Below are positions 1-10,572 of a DNA stretch of 43,631 nt, in pieces (position 1 is the first letter of the stretch; each line of letters starts with the position of its first letter). The translations under genes were made by a program, and so were the position numbers. This DNA is from Candidatus Cloacimonadota bacterium (GTDB lineage: Bacteria > Cloacimonadota > Cloacimonadia > Cloacimonadales > WRIO01), in contig JAKQQL010000024.1 of assembly GCA_029564175.1 (NCBI GenBank), positions 1 to 43,631 on the forward strand, given 5' to 3'. The notes under the pieces were generated by a model. The model saw nothing but the letters and a program-made list of their open reading frames with translations. It had not been told where the DNA came from and did not search any database.

Positions 1-101
1 CCCCTAAGTCGGGTCAATTCAATTCTGATAGATATGTTGTTTGGTGTTGTTGAGTTGAAAATTAGTCTCAATCCCCTAAGTCGGGTCAATTCAATTCTGA
101 T
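1..101 (-). CRISPR. Leader-proximal end of a CRISPR array: partial repeat 1-29, 35-bp spacer 30-64, full 37-bp repeat 65-101 (GTCTCAATCCCCTAAGTCGGGTCAATTCAATTCTGAT on +). The array continues beyond the window start.
   Basis: Two identical repeat copies are separated by a unique 35-nt spacer. The reverse complement ends in GGGGATTGAGAC, resembling the ATTGAAAC/ATTGAGAC 3' handle of Cas6-processed class 1 repeats, with a short internal CCC/GGG stem. An AT-rich leader lies to the right. Confidence 0.85.
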
Positions 102-412
102 AGCACCCTTCTCAACATGGCTCTGGAAGGGGCAAAAAACAGCACTTTTTCGCAATGATTGGTTTTGACTCAGGTGTAGGATATAGGTATAACACCTCGT
201 CTATGTCTAAAATATTGGAAAATAGTGCTTTATAAAATTCGCAATGATTTTGAAGCCAGATTTTGTAAGTGATTGATAAATGAGCTGTTACAAAAAATGC
301 TGATTTTTAAGCAAATCATTGCAGATTGGGTGGAAAAAAAAGAGACAAAAACACGTCTATAATGCTGATTAGATCTGAAGTAAAAAATACAATATTGCAG
401 AAAAATTGTCAA
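102..412 (-). promoter_or_regulatory. CRISPR leader with leftward sigma70-like promoter (TTGACA 412-407, 17 bp, TATTTT 389-384) and an IHF-like site (266-278)
   Basis: AT-rich non-coding DNA next to the terminal repeat. TAAGTGATTGATA matches the reverse of the IHF consensus WATCAANNNNTTR. Repeated GCAATGATT motifs are present. Confidence 0.6.
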
Positions 413-554
413 GGATTTTTTTTAATTATTTTATAATTTTGACAAGAAGACAGTCCAAAATAGACAGCTTGTCATCGAAAGTAGTTCTGCAATCTATGAG
501 AAAAGTGAGCTGTTAAAACAATTATATCTGTTTCTCTGACAATCCGTACTACTT

Positions 555-820
555 CTACAAGCAAGATGCTTGTAGTACGGAAAACTAAATCTACAAGCAA
601 GATGCTCGTAGTACGGAAAACTGAATCTACAAGCAAGATGCTTGTAGTACGAGAAAACTGAATCTACAAGCAAGATGCTTGTAGTACGAAATTCTTTTCT
701 CCGCTTCTCCGCGACTCCGCGTGAGTCTAATGTTAGCAAGATGCTTGTAGTACGAAATTCTTTTCTCCGCTTCTCCGCGACTCCGCGTGAGTCTAATGTT
801 AGCAAGATGCTTGTAGTACG
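555..820. repeat. Tandem array of the REP-like hairpin CTACAAGCA-AGA-TGCTTGTAG-TACG: ~36-bp units at 555, 591, 627, 664, then 66-bp units at 669, 735 and a partial at 801
   Basis: Directly visible near-identical tandem units. The linker sequences are not variable. Confidence 0.9.
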
Positions 821-830
821 GTTATTTAAA

Positions 831-854
831 GGGCAAGCGCAAGGCTTGCCCTAC
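831..854 (-). repeat. REP-like hairpin GTAG-GGCAAGC-CTTGC-GCTTGCCC
   Basis: GTAG foot followed by a GC-rich palindrome on the minus strand. Confidence 0.6.
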
Positions 855-886
855 AACTCTTATTTGAATAGTTTATGGGATGTTTG

Positions 887-1651
887 TTATTTTGTCCATT
901 TAGAGACGATAGCTTTAATTTCTCCATTTTTGTGCATGAGTTCGATTTGATTTTTTAGTTTAGTTTTAAAATCATTTTTAAAAGGGAATTTATTGTCTTT
1001 TTTTGTAAAACTGAGGAATGCTGCTTCTTTTGAGACAACGGCAGAGGACACTATTTTACCGGAAGTTTCTTTGAGCTCGCCGGATGAACGCAGTTTTTTC
1101 AAGTCATACTCAATTGCAATTCTGTCATTGAGATAGGCATCGATACGGTTGAGATTGAGCTTTAGGATATTGGTCTTATTGTCTTTGCCTTCATCGATTG
1201 TAAACTTATTTTTGATGTCTTCTTTGATGATAGCAAAACCGGTATTGATTCCGATTTTTTTCCCATAGAAATTGTAAGGCCAGTCTTTTAATGTGCTTGC
1301 ATTTGACTCTTTCACAAAGGCAACCACTTCTTCTTCAAACAGTTTGATGTCATAATCCATCCAAGGCCGGTCTTTTGGCCGGTAGTATGGTGGAAACATC
1401 GCAATTCCTTCTCCCGTTTCAATCATTGACAAGGCGCTTTTCCATGGTACGGCTTGAATTGTAACCTCATAATCAGGTAAACTTTTTAATGCAGATTTGA
1501 TAATATCCACATAGATACCTTTAGCCACATTTGCCTCCATATAGCTGTATGGCGGATAGCCCTTATCACAGTAAATTGTAACTTTCTGTGCGCTAAACAA
1601 ATTGATGAGTACACAACTCAACAGGATCATCATGATGATAGATCTTTTCAT
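887..1651 (-). CDS. Orphan periplasmic substrate-binding protein, amino-acid ABC family 3 type (~254 aa)
   Basis: Signal peptide; YPPYSY, GIYVDII, VPWK.AL and C-terminal G.IKAIVSKW motifs. Start moved to ATG 1651 (SD GAGG; promoter TTGACA-17-TATTAT at 1705-1677). Confidence 0.85.
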   Translation of the reverse strand: MKRSIIMMILLSCVLINLFSAQKVTIYCDKGYPPYSYMEANVAKGIYVDIIKSALKSLPDYEVTIQAVPWKSALSMIETGEGIAMFPPYYRPKDRPWMDYDIKLFEEEVVAFVKESNASTLKDWPYNFYGKKIGINTGFAIIKEDIKNKFTIDEGKDNKTNILKLNLNRIDAYLNDRIAIEYDLKKLRSSGELKETSGKIVSSAVVSKEAAFLSFTKKDNKFPFKNDFKTKLKNQIELMHKNGEIKAIVSKWTK

Positions 1652-1786
1652 TTCACCCTCTTTAATTTTATTATGAATAATACACTTTTTCAAGACCTTT
1701 GTCAATTAAAATTTATTGTTTTGAAATACTTGACTTATTTTGTGTTATACATAATATGACTCAAGAGAAGAGATACGGAGGCATCT

Positions 1787-2953
1787 ATGAATAAGCAACT
1801 GCTGAAAATGCTTAGCTTTATGATGATCATTTTATTGCTTTTGGCATTGGGAGCATGTCAAAAAAAAGAGACACCTGAAGATGTTCAGAATGATTTTTCT
1901 GAATTGCCAGAAAGAGAAAATGTAGAACCACAGAATGATGAACAAATCACTGTGGAACAGGCGGTTTTTAAAGCGCTTGACAAGCTGTCAATCAGTCCCA
2001 AGGATATTACGAAATTACAGAAAGAAGACGGAATCTATTTTTATATTCCTTTGGATAAAACAAAAGAGATTGATTTGTATTTTGCAGATATGGTGATGAT
2101 TGGTCAGATTGAGCTGACAGGTTCACAGATTTCTGAATCAATCAGAGATGAAAATAGCAAAGTGATTCGAGAATTTTATGATAAAATACACAGACAAAAC
2201 TATGTTGTCGAAATTTATTATTCTGATGTAAAACCTGGCTTTGAGCCAAGTGAGCGAAAATCAAAAGTGGCTTATCTTGCCGTGATAGTAGATGATTTTG
2301 GCAATTATGGGTCTGGCTTGCTGGATGAATTTGCCGACAGTGATCCCGCCATTACATTTGCAGTGATTCCTGGCCTGCCTCACAGTAAAATAGCCATGCA
2401 AAAAGCATTAGATAAAGGACATGAAGTTATTGTTCATATTCCGATGCAGGCAGATAACCCCAAAGCAAATCCTGGGAAAAATGCGATTCTGGAAACGATG
2501 GGGCATGATGAAATTGTCAGCCTGATGAATTCCTATTTCAAAGAATTACCTTATGCTGTAGGCGCTAACCAGCACATGGGCAGTAAAATATCTGCCAATA
2601 AAAAGCTGATGGAAGCGGTTTTATCCGTTATTGATCAGAAAAAACTCTTTTTTATCGATAGCAAAACGACTGCACGTTCAGTCGCCTATAAAACGGCATT
2701 AGAAATGAATATCCCCTCTGCTGAACGTAACTTGTTTCTGGATGCCCCAGCAAATTCTGATGAAATTATTGAACAAAGACTGAATGATCTGAAAAAATTA
2801 AAAGAAAGTCACGGGAAAGCACTCGTGATTACCCATTGTCATGATAAATCCAGACTGGATAGACTGAACCGATTTATACAGGAAGCTGAAAATATGGGAT
2901 TTGAACTGGTACCCGTATCCAAATATGTCGCATTAGAACCGGATATATTTTAA
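1787..2953 (+). CDS. Divergent polysaccharide deacetylase family (DUF610/YibQ-like) lipoprotein
   Basis: Lipobox LGAC; AVIVDDFG, HIPMQ, NQHMGS, FFIDS.T and RNLFLD motifs. Confidence 0.85.
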   Translation: MNKQLLKMLSFMMIILLLLALGACQKKETPEDVQNDFSELPERENVEPQNDEQITVEQAVFKALDKLSISPKDITKLQKEDGIYFYIPLDKTKEIDLYFADMVMIGQIELTGSQISESIRDENSKVIREFYDKIHRQNYVVEIYYSDVKPGFEPSERKSKVAYLAVIVDDFGNYGSGLLDEFADSDPAITFAVIPGLPHSKIAMQKALDKGHEVIVHIPMQADNPKANPGKNAILETMGHDEIVSLMNSYFKELPYAVGANQHMGSKISANKKLMEAVLSVIDQKKLFFIDSKTTARSVAYKTALEMNIPSAERNLFLDAPANSDEIIEQRLNDLKKLKESHGKALVITHCHDKSRLDRLNRFIQEAENMGFELVPVSKYVALEPDIF

Positions 2954-3063
2954 TCGTAGTACAAATTAAAAGTTAGCTTTTATCCCTATTGCGAGCATCC
3001 TGTTTGCAGAAAAGAATTTGCTACAAGTAAGATGCATGTCGTACCGGATAAGAAGGAGTAAAA

Positions 3064-4323
3064 ATGAAACAAATAGATCTTGTTATTTACAATATTAAGG
3101 AATTAATCAGTCTTCAAGGACCTAATCGTCCCCGTTTTGGAGCTGAAATGAGTGAACTGGGAATCATGAATCAGGTAAGTATTGCTGTTCATGAAGGAAA
3201 GATTTTGGAAATCGGAGATAATGACAGCATTCAGCAGAAATACACTGCCAGCGAAATGATCGATGCAAGTGATTGTGTTGTTATGCCTGGTTTTGTAGAT
3301 CCTCATACGCATCCGGTCTTTGTCAATACCAGAGAAAATGAATTTGAAATGCGAATTATGGGAAAGACTTACGTGGAGATTTCTCAGTCTGGTGGCGGAA
3401 TCTTGTCCAGTATCAGAGCGGTCAGACAAGCCAGTGAAGCAGAATTATTTGAACTGGCAAAGAAGAGAATAAATCGAATGATTGAGTGTGGTACTACGGC
3501 TATTGAAGCCAAAAGTGGATATGGGCTTAGTACCGAATCTGAACTTAAAATGCTCCGTGTCATTAAGCGTTTACAGGAAGAAATGCCGATTGATATCGCA
3601 GTTACTTTTATGGGAGCGCATGAAATTCCTCAGGAATATCGTCAGGATCGTGAAGCCTATATACGACTGATGGAAGAAGAAATGATGCCACAGGTCAAGG
3701 CTGCCGGTTTAGCTGAGTATGTGGATATTTTTACCGAAGCTCATGTTTATAGCGTAGCAGAATCCAGACGTATTTTGAAAAAAGCCAAAGAATTAGGTTT
3801 TAAACTGAGAATGCATGCCGATGAAATCGAAGCAATCGGTGGTGCTGAATTAGCCGGTGAACTCAATGCCGTTTCAGCTGATCATCTCGGCGCTTGCTCG
3901 GATCAGGGGATTCAGGCAATGAAAAAAGGCGGAACAATCGCCACACTTTTGCCAGCCACTCTTTTTAGTTTACGCTCAAAATCTTATGCGCGTGCCAGAG
4001 ATATGATTGCACAGGAATTGCCGGTTGCTATTGCATCTGACTACAATCCAGGCTCTTGTAATTGCGATAATATGCAGTTTGTAATCTCTCTTTCTTGCCT
4101 GCAAATGGGTATGACGCCGGCTGAAGCGATTTGTGCTGCGACATTCAATGCGGCTTGTGCCATTGAAAAAAACGATTATATCGGCAGTATTGAAGCAGGT
4201 AAACAGGCAGACATTTTAATCATGGATATTCCGTCATACCGCTTTATCCCTTATCATTTTGGCTCAAACAATGTGAAAAGGGTGATTAAAAAAGGTAAAA
4301 CCTTATTTGAACGTCATAGCTGA
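3064..4323 (+). CDS. hutI: Imidazolonepropionase
   Basis: PGFVDPHTHPVF, GGGILSS, EAKSGYGL, HADE, SADHL and ASDYNPGS motifs. Confidence 0.97.
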   Translation: MKQIDLVIYNIKELISLQGPNRPRFGAEMSELGIMNQVSIAVHEGKILEIGDNDSIQQKYTASEMIDASDCVVMPGFVDPHTHPVFVNTRENEFEMRIMGKTYVEISQSGGGILSSIRAVRQASEAELFELAKKRINRMIECGTTAIEAKSGYGLSTESELKMLRVIKRLQEEMPIDIAVTFMGAHEIPQEYRQDREAYIRLMEEEMMPQVKAAGLAEYVDIFTEAHVYSVAESRRILKKAKELGFKLRMHADEIEAIGGAELAGELNAVSADHLGACSDQGIQAMKKGGTIATLLPATLFSLRSKSYARARDMIAQELPVAIASDYNPGSCNCDNMQFVISLSCLQMGMTPAEAICAATFNAACAIEKNDYIGSIEAGKQADILIMDIPSYRFIPYHFGSNNVKRVIKKGKTLFERHS

Positions 4324-5389
4324 TAAACTGATCTCCTGGTTTAACGCCTCTCAACGAGATTTGCCATGGAGATTATATAAAAATCCTTATCATACCTGGG
4401 TTTCTGAAATTATGCTTCAACAAACCCAGGTAAAAACAGTTATCCCTTATTTCCAACGTTTTATCGAACGTTTCCCTGATTATGAAAGCCTTGCTGCTAC
4501 CTCATTAGAGGAAATGCTGATTTACTGGCAAGGACTGGGATACTACAAAAGAGCTGAAAATTTGCATAAAGCCGCCCGATATTTAGTTCAAAAGCAAATG
4601 CCGATACCTCAAACTTATGAGAAATGGCTGGAATTACCTGGTATTGGAGATTATATTGCCTCTGCCATCTGTGCGATTGCGTATGATCAGAAAATTGCGG
4701 TTGTGGATGGGAATGTACTGAGAGTCTTATCGCGTCTGTTTATAATGGATTATAATATTGCTGAACCAAAAAACAGAAGGTATTTTAAAGCAGTACTGGA
4801 AACAATACTGCCAGAAAAGAACAACCGTTTCTTTTCCCAGGCAATGATGGAATTAGGTGCTCTTGTTTGCAGAAGTCAGAACCCAGACTGTGACATTTGC
4901 CCGTTGGCAGAGCATTGTCAGGCATTTCACAGACAGCAGACAACACTTTATCCGATTAGTATAAAAACAGTGAAACAACAGGTCTTCACAAAGTATTTTT
5001 ACCTGATCAAAGTCATTGGGCATTTTTATCTGGAAAAGCGTCATGAAAAGGGCTTGCTTTCAAACCTATGGCAGTTTATTGAACTCAAGCCTGAAGAATT
5101 GCCGGCTTATCTTAAAAAACATCATTTACTAATAAGGAATAAACGTTCTCTAATGAGTTTCAGTCATCAGTTTACTCATCAGAAATGGATAGTAAACGCA
5201 GAACTTATCCACTGTGATGTTAATGCTTCTCATCATCGTCCGCTACTTCAGTTTAGAAATCATCCAAAAAAAGTAAGGTCATTTAACCTCAAACAAGGTT
5301 CATACTACAAACTTTACCCATTATCTCAGATTACATTATTGCCGGTTCATAAGAGTATGCAAAAGATGATGGAACAGATAAAGTCATGA
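4307..5389 (+). CDS. mutY: A/G-specific adenine glycosylase
   Basis: RDLPWR, WVSEIMLQQTQV, WQGLGYY, LPGIG.Y, VDGNV.RV and the Fe-S motif C-X6-C-X2-C-X5-C. TTG start overlaps the hutI stop. Confidence 0.95.
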   Translation: MNVIADKLISWFNASQRDLPWRLYKNPYHTWVSEIMLQQTQVKTVIPYFQRFIERFPDYESLAATSLEEMLIYWQGLGYYKRAENLHKAARYLVQKQMPIPQTYEKWLELPGIGDYIASAICAIAYDQKIAVVDGNVLRVLSRLFIMDYNIAEPKNRRYFKAVLETILPEKNNRFFSQAMMELGALVCRSQNPDCDICPLAEHCQAFHRQQTTLYPISIKTVKQQVFTKYFYLIKVIGHFYLEKRHEKGLLSNLWQFIELKPEELPAYLKKHHLLIRNKRSLMSFSHQFTHQKWIVNAELIHCDVNASHHRPLLQFRNHPKKVRSFNLKQGSYYKLYPLSQITLLPVHKSMQKMMEQIKS

Positions 5390-5516
5390 TATATAGATAA
5401 TTAAGATTGAGCTCACTTAAAAAAAGTCTCAACCCAAATACCTCTCCCCTTTTCTTTTTCTTTCTCACAAGACGAGTTATGTAGTGATAAGGGGGAGAGG
5501 CAAAAACCTGAAAGGC

Positions 5517-5948
5517 ATCACCTCGATCTGTGTTTCAAACTGATTTCATTTCTCGCAAAGAACGCTAAGAACGCAAAGAAAAACTGTTAATGGAAATTTA
5601 AAATGTACCACATTTCATTAGTAATGAACGCTTCCCTGATCCGTAGGGATGTGCGAAACGGAGCTTGCGAAGTGCCGTACATCCGACAAACAATAAGAAA
5701 ATCACCTTGATCTGTGTTTCAAACTGATTTCAATTCTCGCAAAGTGCGCTAAGAACGCAAAGAAAAACTGTTAATGGAAATTTGTTTTGTACCACTTTTG
5801 GAAATTTAAAATGTACTACCTTTCATTAGTAATGAACGCCTCCCTGATCCGTAGGGATGTGCGAAACGGAGCCTGCGAAGTGCCGTACATCCGACAAACA
5901 ATAAGAAAATCACCTTGATCTGAGTTTCTAACTGATTTCATTTCTCGA
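5517..5948. repeat. ~2.2 tandem copies of a 184-bp unit (5517, 5701 with a 24-bp insert, partial at 5909). Each full unit has a 3x9-mer (CGCAAAGAA) and a GTAG-GGATGTGCG...CGTACATCC hairpin.
   Basis: Direct alignment by eye. Confidence 0.9.
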
Positions 5949-5952
5949 AAAA

Positions 5953-6023
5953 CCCTACAAACCCAATGAGAAAAATGTCCTTATTTGTTTTTACTTCAGA
6001 TTAGATATAACCTGAATAGTTAC
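5953..6023 (+). mobile_element. Isolated right end of the GTAACTACTCAG-TIR element family (homologous to 39463-39531)
   Basis: CCCTACAAACCCAATGA...TTACTTC.GATTAGATATAACCTGA.TAG.TAC is shared with 39463-39531. No matching left end was found. Confidence 0.6.
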
Positions 6024-6128
6024 CCATTTTTAATGAGATTGTAATGCTGAATGATTGTAAGAAATCTATTTATAAGAGTAAAGCTTTTGATAAGGAAAGG
6101 AAAAGGAAAGGATAAGGAAACAAAATAG

Positions 6129-6162
6129 AAAAAACAAGAGCAACCTTGCGATTGCTCTTGTT
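6129..6162 (-). terminator. Rho-independent terminator of the mutAB operon
   Basis: Stem AACAAGAGCAA/TTGCTCTTGTT with a T-tract on the minus strand. Confidence 0.7.
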
Positions 6163-6174
6163 AAAATTTATATT

Positions 6175-6283
6175 CTACAAGCAGGATGCTTGTAGTACGG
6201 AAGATGATCGTAGTACGAAATTCTTTTCTCCGCTTCTCCGCGACTCCGCGTGAGTCTAATGTTAGCAAGATGCTTGTAGTACG
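6175..6283. repeat. REP-like cluster containing the same 66-bp unit as 669-800
   Basis: GTAGTACGAAATTCTTTTCTCCGCTTCTCCGCGACTCCGCGTGAGTCTAATGTTAGCAAGATGCTTGTAGTACG is identical to the 5' array. Confidence 0.9.
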
Positions 6284-6292
6284 GGAGCTGGA

Positions 6293-8467
6293 TTAAATTC
6301 TTTTATTGAGTTCTTCCATGATTTTCTTTGCAGCCTGAGGTAAGATAGTACCAGGTCCGAAGATTGCAGCCGCACCGTTTTCATAGAGATAATCATAATC
6401 CTGGGCAGGAATGACACCGCCACAGATGACCATAATATCTTCACGACCGGCTTTTTTGAGTTCATCCATCAATTGAGGCAACAAGGTTTTATGACCGGCA
6501 GCGAGAGAACTCATACCAATCACATGAACGTCATTTTCAACTGCTTGTTTAGCGGTTTCTTCTGGAGTCTGGAACAATGGTCCCATATCTACGTCAAAGC
6601 CCATATCGGCATAAGCAGTTGCTACTACTTTAGCGCCACGGTCATGTCCGTCCTGACCCATTTTGGCGATCATGATACGAGGACGACGACCTTCTTTTTC
6701 AGCAAAGTCATCAGTCATTTTTCTAACTTCATCGACTTCATCTTTTTTCGCATATTCAGAACTGTAAACACCTGAAATAGAGCGAATCACAGCCTGATGA
6801 CGACCATATATTTTTTCCATAGCGTCTGAAATTTCTCCTAATGATGCGCGGGCACGTGCAGCAACGATTGCCAGTTCAAGCAAATTGCCATCTTTGTTTT
6901 CCGCAGCTTTGGTGATTGCTTCTAAAGCCGCATCAACTGCTTTCTGATCACGGTTTTTCTTTAATTGTTCAAGACGTTTGAGCTGAGCATTGCGTACAGC
7001 GGTATTATCCACTTCGAGAATATCGATTGCATCTTCTTTTTCAAGTCTGTATTTATTCACACCAATGATAGATTCTTTACCTGAATCAATTCTTGCCTGT
7101 CTGCGGGCAGCAGCTTCTTCGATTCTCATCTTAGGCAGACCGGTTTCAATCGCTTTTGCCATACCGCCAAGTTCTTCTACTTCGTTGATATGAGCCCATG
7201 CGCGATCAATTAAAGAATTAGTTAATGATTCCACATACCATGAGCCTGCCCATGGATCTACCACATTACAGATACCGGTTTCCTGTTGCAGGAATAACTG
7301 GGTATTACGGGCAATACGGGAAGAGAAATCAGTAGGTAAGGCAATCGCTTCATCCAGAGAGTTGGTATGCAGAGACTGAGTGTGACCCAGTGTTGCAGCC
7401 AATGCTTCGATACAGGTTCTGGTTACATTGTTAAACGGATCCTGTTCGGTTAAGCTCCAGCCTGAAGTCTGAGAGTGCGTACGGAGTGCCATAGATTTAG
7501 GATTTTTAGGGTTGAACTGCTTAACCAGTTTTGCCCAGATAAGGCGGGCAGCACGGAGTTTTGACACTTCCATGAAGTAGTTCATACCTTCAGCCCAGAA
7601 GAAGGAAAGTCTTGGTGCAAAGGCATCAATATCAATACCTGCTTTAAGACCGGCACGGATAAATTCAACACCGTCAGCCAATGTGTAAGCCATTTCCAGA
7701 TCAGCAGTTGCACCAGCTTCCTGCATGTGGTAACCGGAAATAGAAATACTGTTGAATTTAGGCATATTCTTTGAAGTAAATTCAAAGATGTCAGAGATAA
7801 TTCTCATGGATGGATCTGGTGGGTAAATATAAGTATTTCTCACCATATATTCTTTTAAAATGTCATTTTGGATGGTACCGGTCAGCTGTTCCCATTTAAC
7901 ACCCTGCTCTTCAGCTGCGACAATGTAGAATGCCAGAATCGGAATCACAGCACCGTTCATGGTCATAGAGACAGACATCTGATCAAGTGGAATCTGATCG
8001 AAGAGAATCTTCATATCCAGAATTGAATCCACTGCCACACCGGCTTTACCGACATCACCTACTACGCGTGGATGGTCTGAGTCATAACCGCGATGGGTTG
8101 CCAGGTCAAAGGCAATGGAAAGCCCTTTTTGACCCATTGCCAGGTTTCTGCGATAAAATGCATTACTCTCTTCAGCAGTGGAGAATCCGGCATACTGACG
8201 TACAGTCCATGGTTTTTGAACATACATGCTGGGGTAAGGTCCTCTGAGGAAAGGAGCCATACCAGGGAAATAGTCCATGTGTTTGAGATTGGCAGTATCT
8301 TCTGCTCCATATACCGGTTTAACATTGATCTGCTCATTGGTAACCCAAATGAGTTCGTCAACTTGTGTTTTTTCTTCTTTATTTAATTGATCATACCATT
8401 CATTTAACTGATTAACGCTTTTCTGTGTTTTTAACGCAATCTTTGAGAAATCCGGTTTTGTTGCCAT
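6293..8467 (-). CDS. mutB: Methylmalonyl-CoA mutase, large catalytic B12-binding subunit
   Basis: [36 protein letters not shown] and [10 protein letters not shown] (DxHxxG) motifs. Confidence 0.97.
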   Translation of the reverse strand: MATKPDFSKIALKTQKSVNQLNEWYDQLNKEEKTQVDELIWVTNEQINVKPVYGAEDTANLKHMDYFPGMAPFLRGPYPSMYVQKPWTVRQYAGFSTAEESNAFYRRNLAMGQKGLSIAFDLATHRGYDSDHPRVVGDVGKAGVAVDSILDMKILFDQIPLDQMSVSMTMNGAVIPILAFYIVAAEEQGVKWEQLTGTIQNDILKEYMVRNTYIYPPDPSMRIISDIFEFTSKNMPKFNSISISGYHMQEAGATADLEMAYTLADGVEFIRAGLKAGIDIDAFAPRLSFFWAEGMNYFMEVSKLRAARLIWAKLVKQFNPKNPKSMALRTHSQTSGWSLTEQDPFNNVTRTCIEALAATLGHTQSLHTNSLDEAIALPTDFSSRIARNTQLFLQQETGICNVVDPWAGSWYVESLTNSLIDRAWAHINEVEELGGMAKAIETGLPKMRIEEAAARRQARIDSGKESIIGVNKYRLEKEDAIDILEVDNTAVRNAQLKRLEQLKKNRDQKAVDAALEAITKAAENKDGNLLELAIVAARARASLGEISDAMEKIYGRHQAVIRSISGVYSSEYAKKDEVDEVRKMTDDFAEKEGRRPRIMIAKMGQDGHDRGAKVVATAYADMGFDVDMGPLFQTPEETAKQAVENDVHVIGMSSLAAGHKTLLPQLMDELKKAGREDIMVICGGVIPAQDYDYLYENGAAAIFGPGTILPQAAKKIMEELNKRI

Positions 8468-10572
8468 TATAACACCCCTGTCTTTTTCATAATATCAGAT
8501 AAAGTTTGAACTAAATCTGCTTTCAAGTGAATGAAGAAATCCACTCCGCTTTGTTTAAATGTCTCCAGATGATCAACCGGATAGCCTGCCAGAACGATAA
8601 TCAGTTCAGGCTTAGCAGTTTTCAGTTTAGCTGCCATTGCAGGAACGAGTTCAGGGTAAGAATCATCAGTTGAGCAGATGACAGCCACAGGCGCTTTGGA
8701 AACAATGATATCTTCAATTGCTTTATCCATTGATTCGTAGTAATCTGAGCTGAATACATCAAATCCGCCTGGTTGGAAGAATCCTGCTGAGAAATCCATA
8801 CGAAGTTTGATATTAGCGATAGGTGCCATATCAGCCATAAAGACTTTTGGCAGATGACCGTTTTTAGCCATATAAGCCATGCTGGCATTACGTAAAGTTT
8901 CAAAGCTTTCTGCCAGACGGCGTTTTTCTACCTTTTTAATCTGAAGGTCAGCGCTATCGTTTGCTCTGAGTTTTGCATAAATCTCAGCTACAGTGATGCC
9001 TTCAGCCAGTTCTTTTTTCATTTGATCAATTATGTTTTCATTCATGCTGACAGCAGAGCCTTTGTCAGATAAATCTGCAGATGCTTTCTGGTAAATCGCC
9101 TGATAATCGTAAGCTACTGGATCAAGTGTTTTTTCTGTTACATTGGCAAATACACTGGTTCCGATCAGGGCTTCTTTACGGATGAGAATTTGTTTGACTT
9201 TCCAGTTATGAGTCTGATCAATCTGTTTCTGAATACTTTCGTTTTTCAGGGCATTGAGCAGGCCTTCTGTTTCAATCGTCTGGAAAGATTCCCAAGCTTT
9301 CTGAGCGATTTCCTGAGTCAGAGTTTCTACATACCAGGAACCACCGGCAGGGTCAATGACACTATTCAGATGAGATTCTTCAAGCAGAATACTCTGTTGG
9401 TTTCTGGCAATACGTCTTGAGAAATCGTCTGATGGTTTTACAACGGCATCAAATGGCGTTACGCAAAGTGCATCGCATGAGCCTAATACTGCTGAAAAAG
9501 CTTCGGTAGAGGTTCTCAGAATGTTGACCCATGGGTCATAATAAGTTTTATTGTAAAGAGAAGTCTTTGAGAATATGTACATTTTTTGAGATTCAGCAGA
9601 ACCATTATAGTTTTCAATAATCTGAGCCCATAAGAGTCTGGCAGCTCTGAGTTTAGCGATTTCCATGAAGAGATGTTTACCTACGCCAAAGCTAAAAGTG
9701 ATGCGAGGTGCAATCTGATCAATGCTCAGCCCTCTGTCTAATAATTCATTCATGTATAAAACAGCGGTTGAAAGGGCATAAGCGAGTTCCTGAACAGCAG
9801 ATGCACCAGAGTTATTCCATACTGTGGCATCAATCAGGATGGTTTTCATCTGAGGCGCTTTCTGGTTAGCCCAGCGGGTCAGTTCAGCCATTTCGTCCAT
9901 CGCCTGTTTCCATGAATGGTTTAAGGTGCCATTTTGAGCCAAAACAGCCACAGGATCCATACTGACTGAGCCTTTAACCTGATTCAGCTCAACGTTTTTT
10001 TCTTCTGCGATTGTTTCCAACATTGCTGCACAAGCCAATGCTGAAGAATAAGCTTCAATATCTACTCTGACGCCTGGCAGATAAATGTCTTTTAATGCCT
10101 TTCTTAAGTCATTCAGACTATAAACCGGCAGGCCATCTTTACCCATATCTTCTGGGGAAAGGTCTTTTAAAGATTTTGCATTTCGTGCATTTTCATCTAA
10201 TTTAATATAAACAGCGTTTTGACCTCTGTTCAGGTCGTTCAACAGTGTCTTGTTCCATTCTTCAATTTCAGGGATATCAATCGCCTGTTCAATTGCCCAA
10301 GACCCTTTTGCAGAACCGCTTACAGCAGTATTTCTGACATAAGGTGCAAAGCCTGGCAGATTTTCCAAAAATGGATTGTCTTTGACATCCTCTCTGGTAT
10401 AGAGTGGCTTCAGGGTAATGCCTTCAGCAGTTGGGGTCAACAGGGCCTTTTCAAAAGGAACGCCTTTAAGCCCTTTCACTACATCGTCATACCATTCTTG
10501 CCAGGTAGGAAGCGGGAAGTCTTCAGTAAAAGAGAATCCCGATTCTTTGTCTTGTTTTTCCTGATGGTTCAT
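8467..10572 (-). CDS. mutA: Methylmalonyl-CoA mutase, small subunit
   Basis: Mutase fold lacking DxHxx[27 protein letters not shown] and ICSTDDSY motifs; TAATG coupling with mutB. Confidence 0.92.
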   Translation of the reverse strand: MNHQEKQDKESGFSFTEDFPLPTWQEWYDDVVKGLKGVPFEKALLTPTAEGITLKPLYTREDVKDNPFLENLPGFAPYVRNTAVSGSAKGSWAIEQAIDIPEIEEWNKTLLNDLNRGQNAVYIKLDENARNAKSLKDLSPEDMGKDGLPVYSLNDLRKALKDIYLPGVRVDIEAYSSALACAAMLETIAEEKNVELNQVKGSVSMDPVAVLAQNGTLNHSWKQAMDEMAELTRWANQKAPQMKTILIDATVWNNSGASAVQELAYALSTAVLYMNELLDRGLSIDQIAPRITFSFGVGKHLFMEIAKLRAARLLWAQIIENYNGSAESQKMYIFSKTSLYNKTYYDPWVNILRTSTEAFSAVLGSCDALCVTPFDAVVKPSDDFSRRIARNQQSILLEESHLNSVIDPAGGSWYVETLTQEIAQKAWESFQTIETEGLLNALKNESIQKQIDQTHNWKVKQILIRKEALIGTSVFANVTEKTLDPVAYDYQAIYQKASADLSDKGSAVSMNENIIDQMKKELAEGITVAEIYAKLRANDSADLQIKKVEKRRLAESFETLRNASMAYMAKNGHLPKVFMADMAPIANIKLRMDFSAGFFQPGGFDVFSSDYYESMDKAIEDIIVSKAPVAVICSTDDSYPELVPAMAAKLKTAKPELIIVLAGYPVDHLETFKQSGVDFFIHLKADLVQTLSDIMKKTGVL

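Noticed and set aside
555..700. Second CRISPR array or TIGR-like 36-bp-period array
   Set aside because: The linkers are ~11-12 nt and nearly identical, with no variable spacers. The unit is a dispersed REP-like hairpin found throughout the window.
494..950. ORFs 494-805 (-) and 675-950 (+)
   Set aside because: They are translations of the tandem repeats with repetitive peptide sequence, and one overlaps a real gene.
5426..5432. Degenerate CRISPR repeat (GTCTCAA)
   Set aside because: Only a 7-nt match, consistent with chance.
6091..6120. Purine tract AAGGAAAGGAAAAGG, similar to 42808-42830
   Set aside because: Low complexity. Both lie ~70-110 bp beyond a right TIR, but homology cannot be established.
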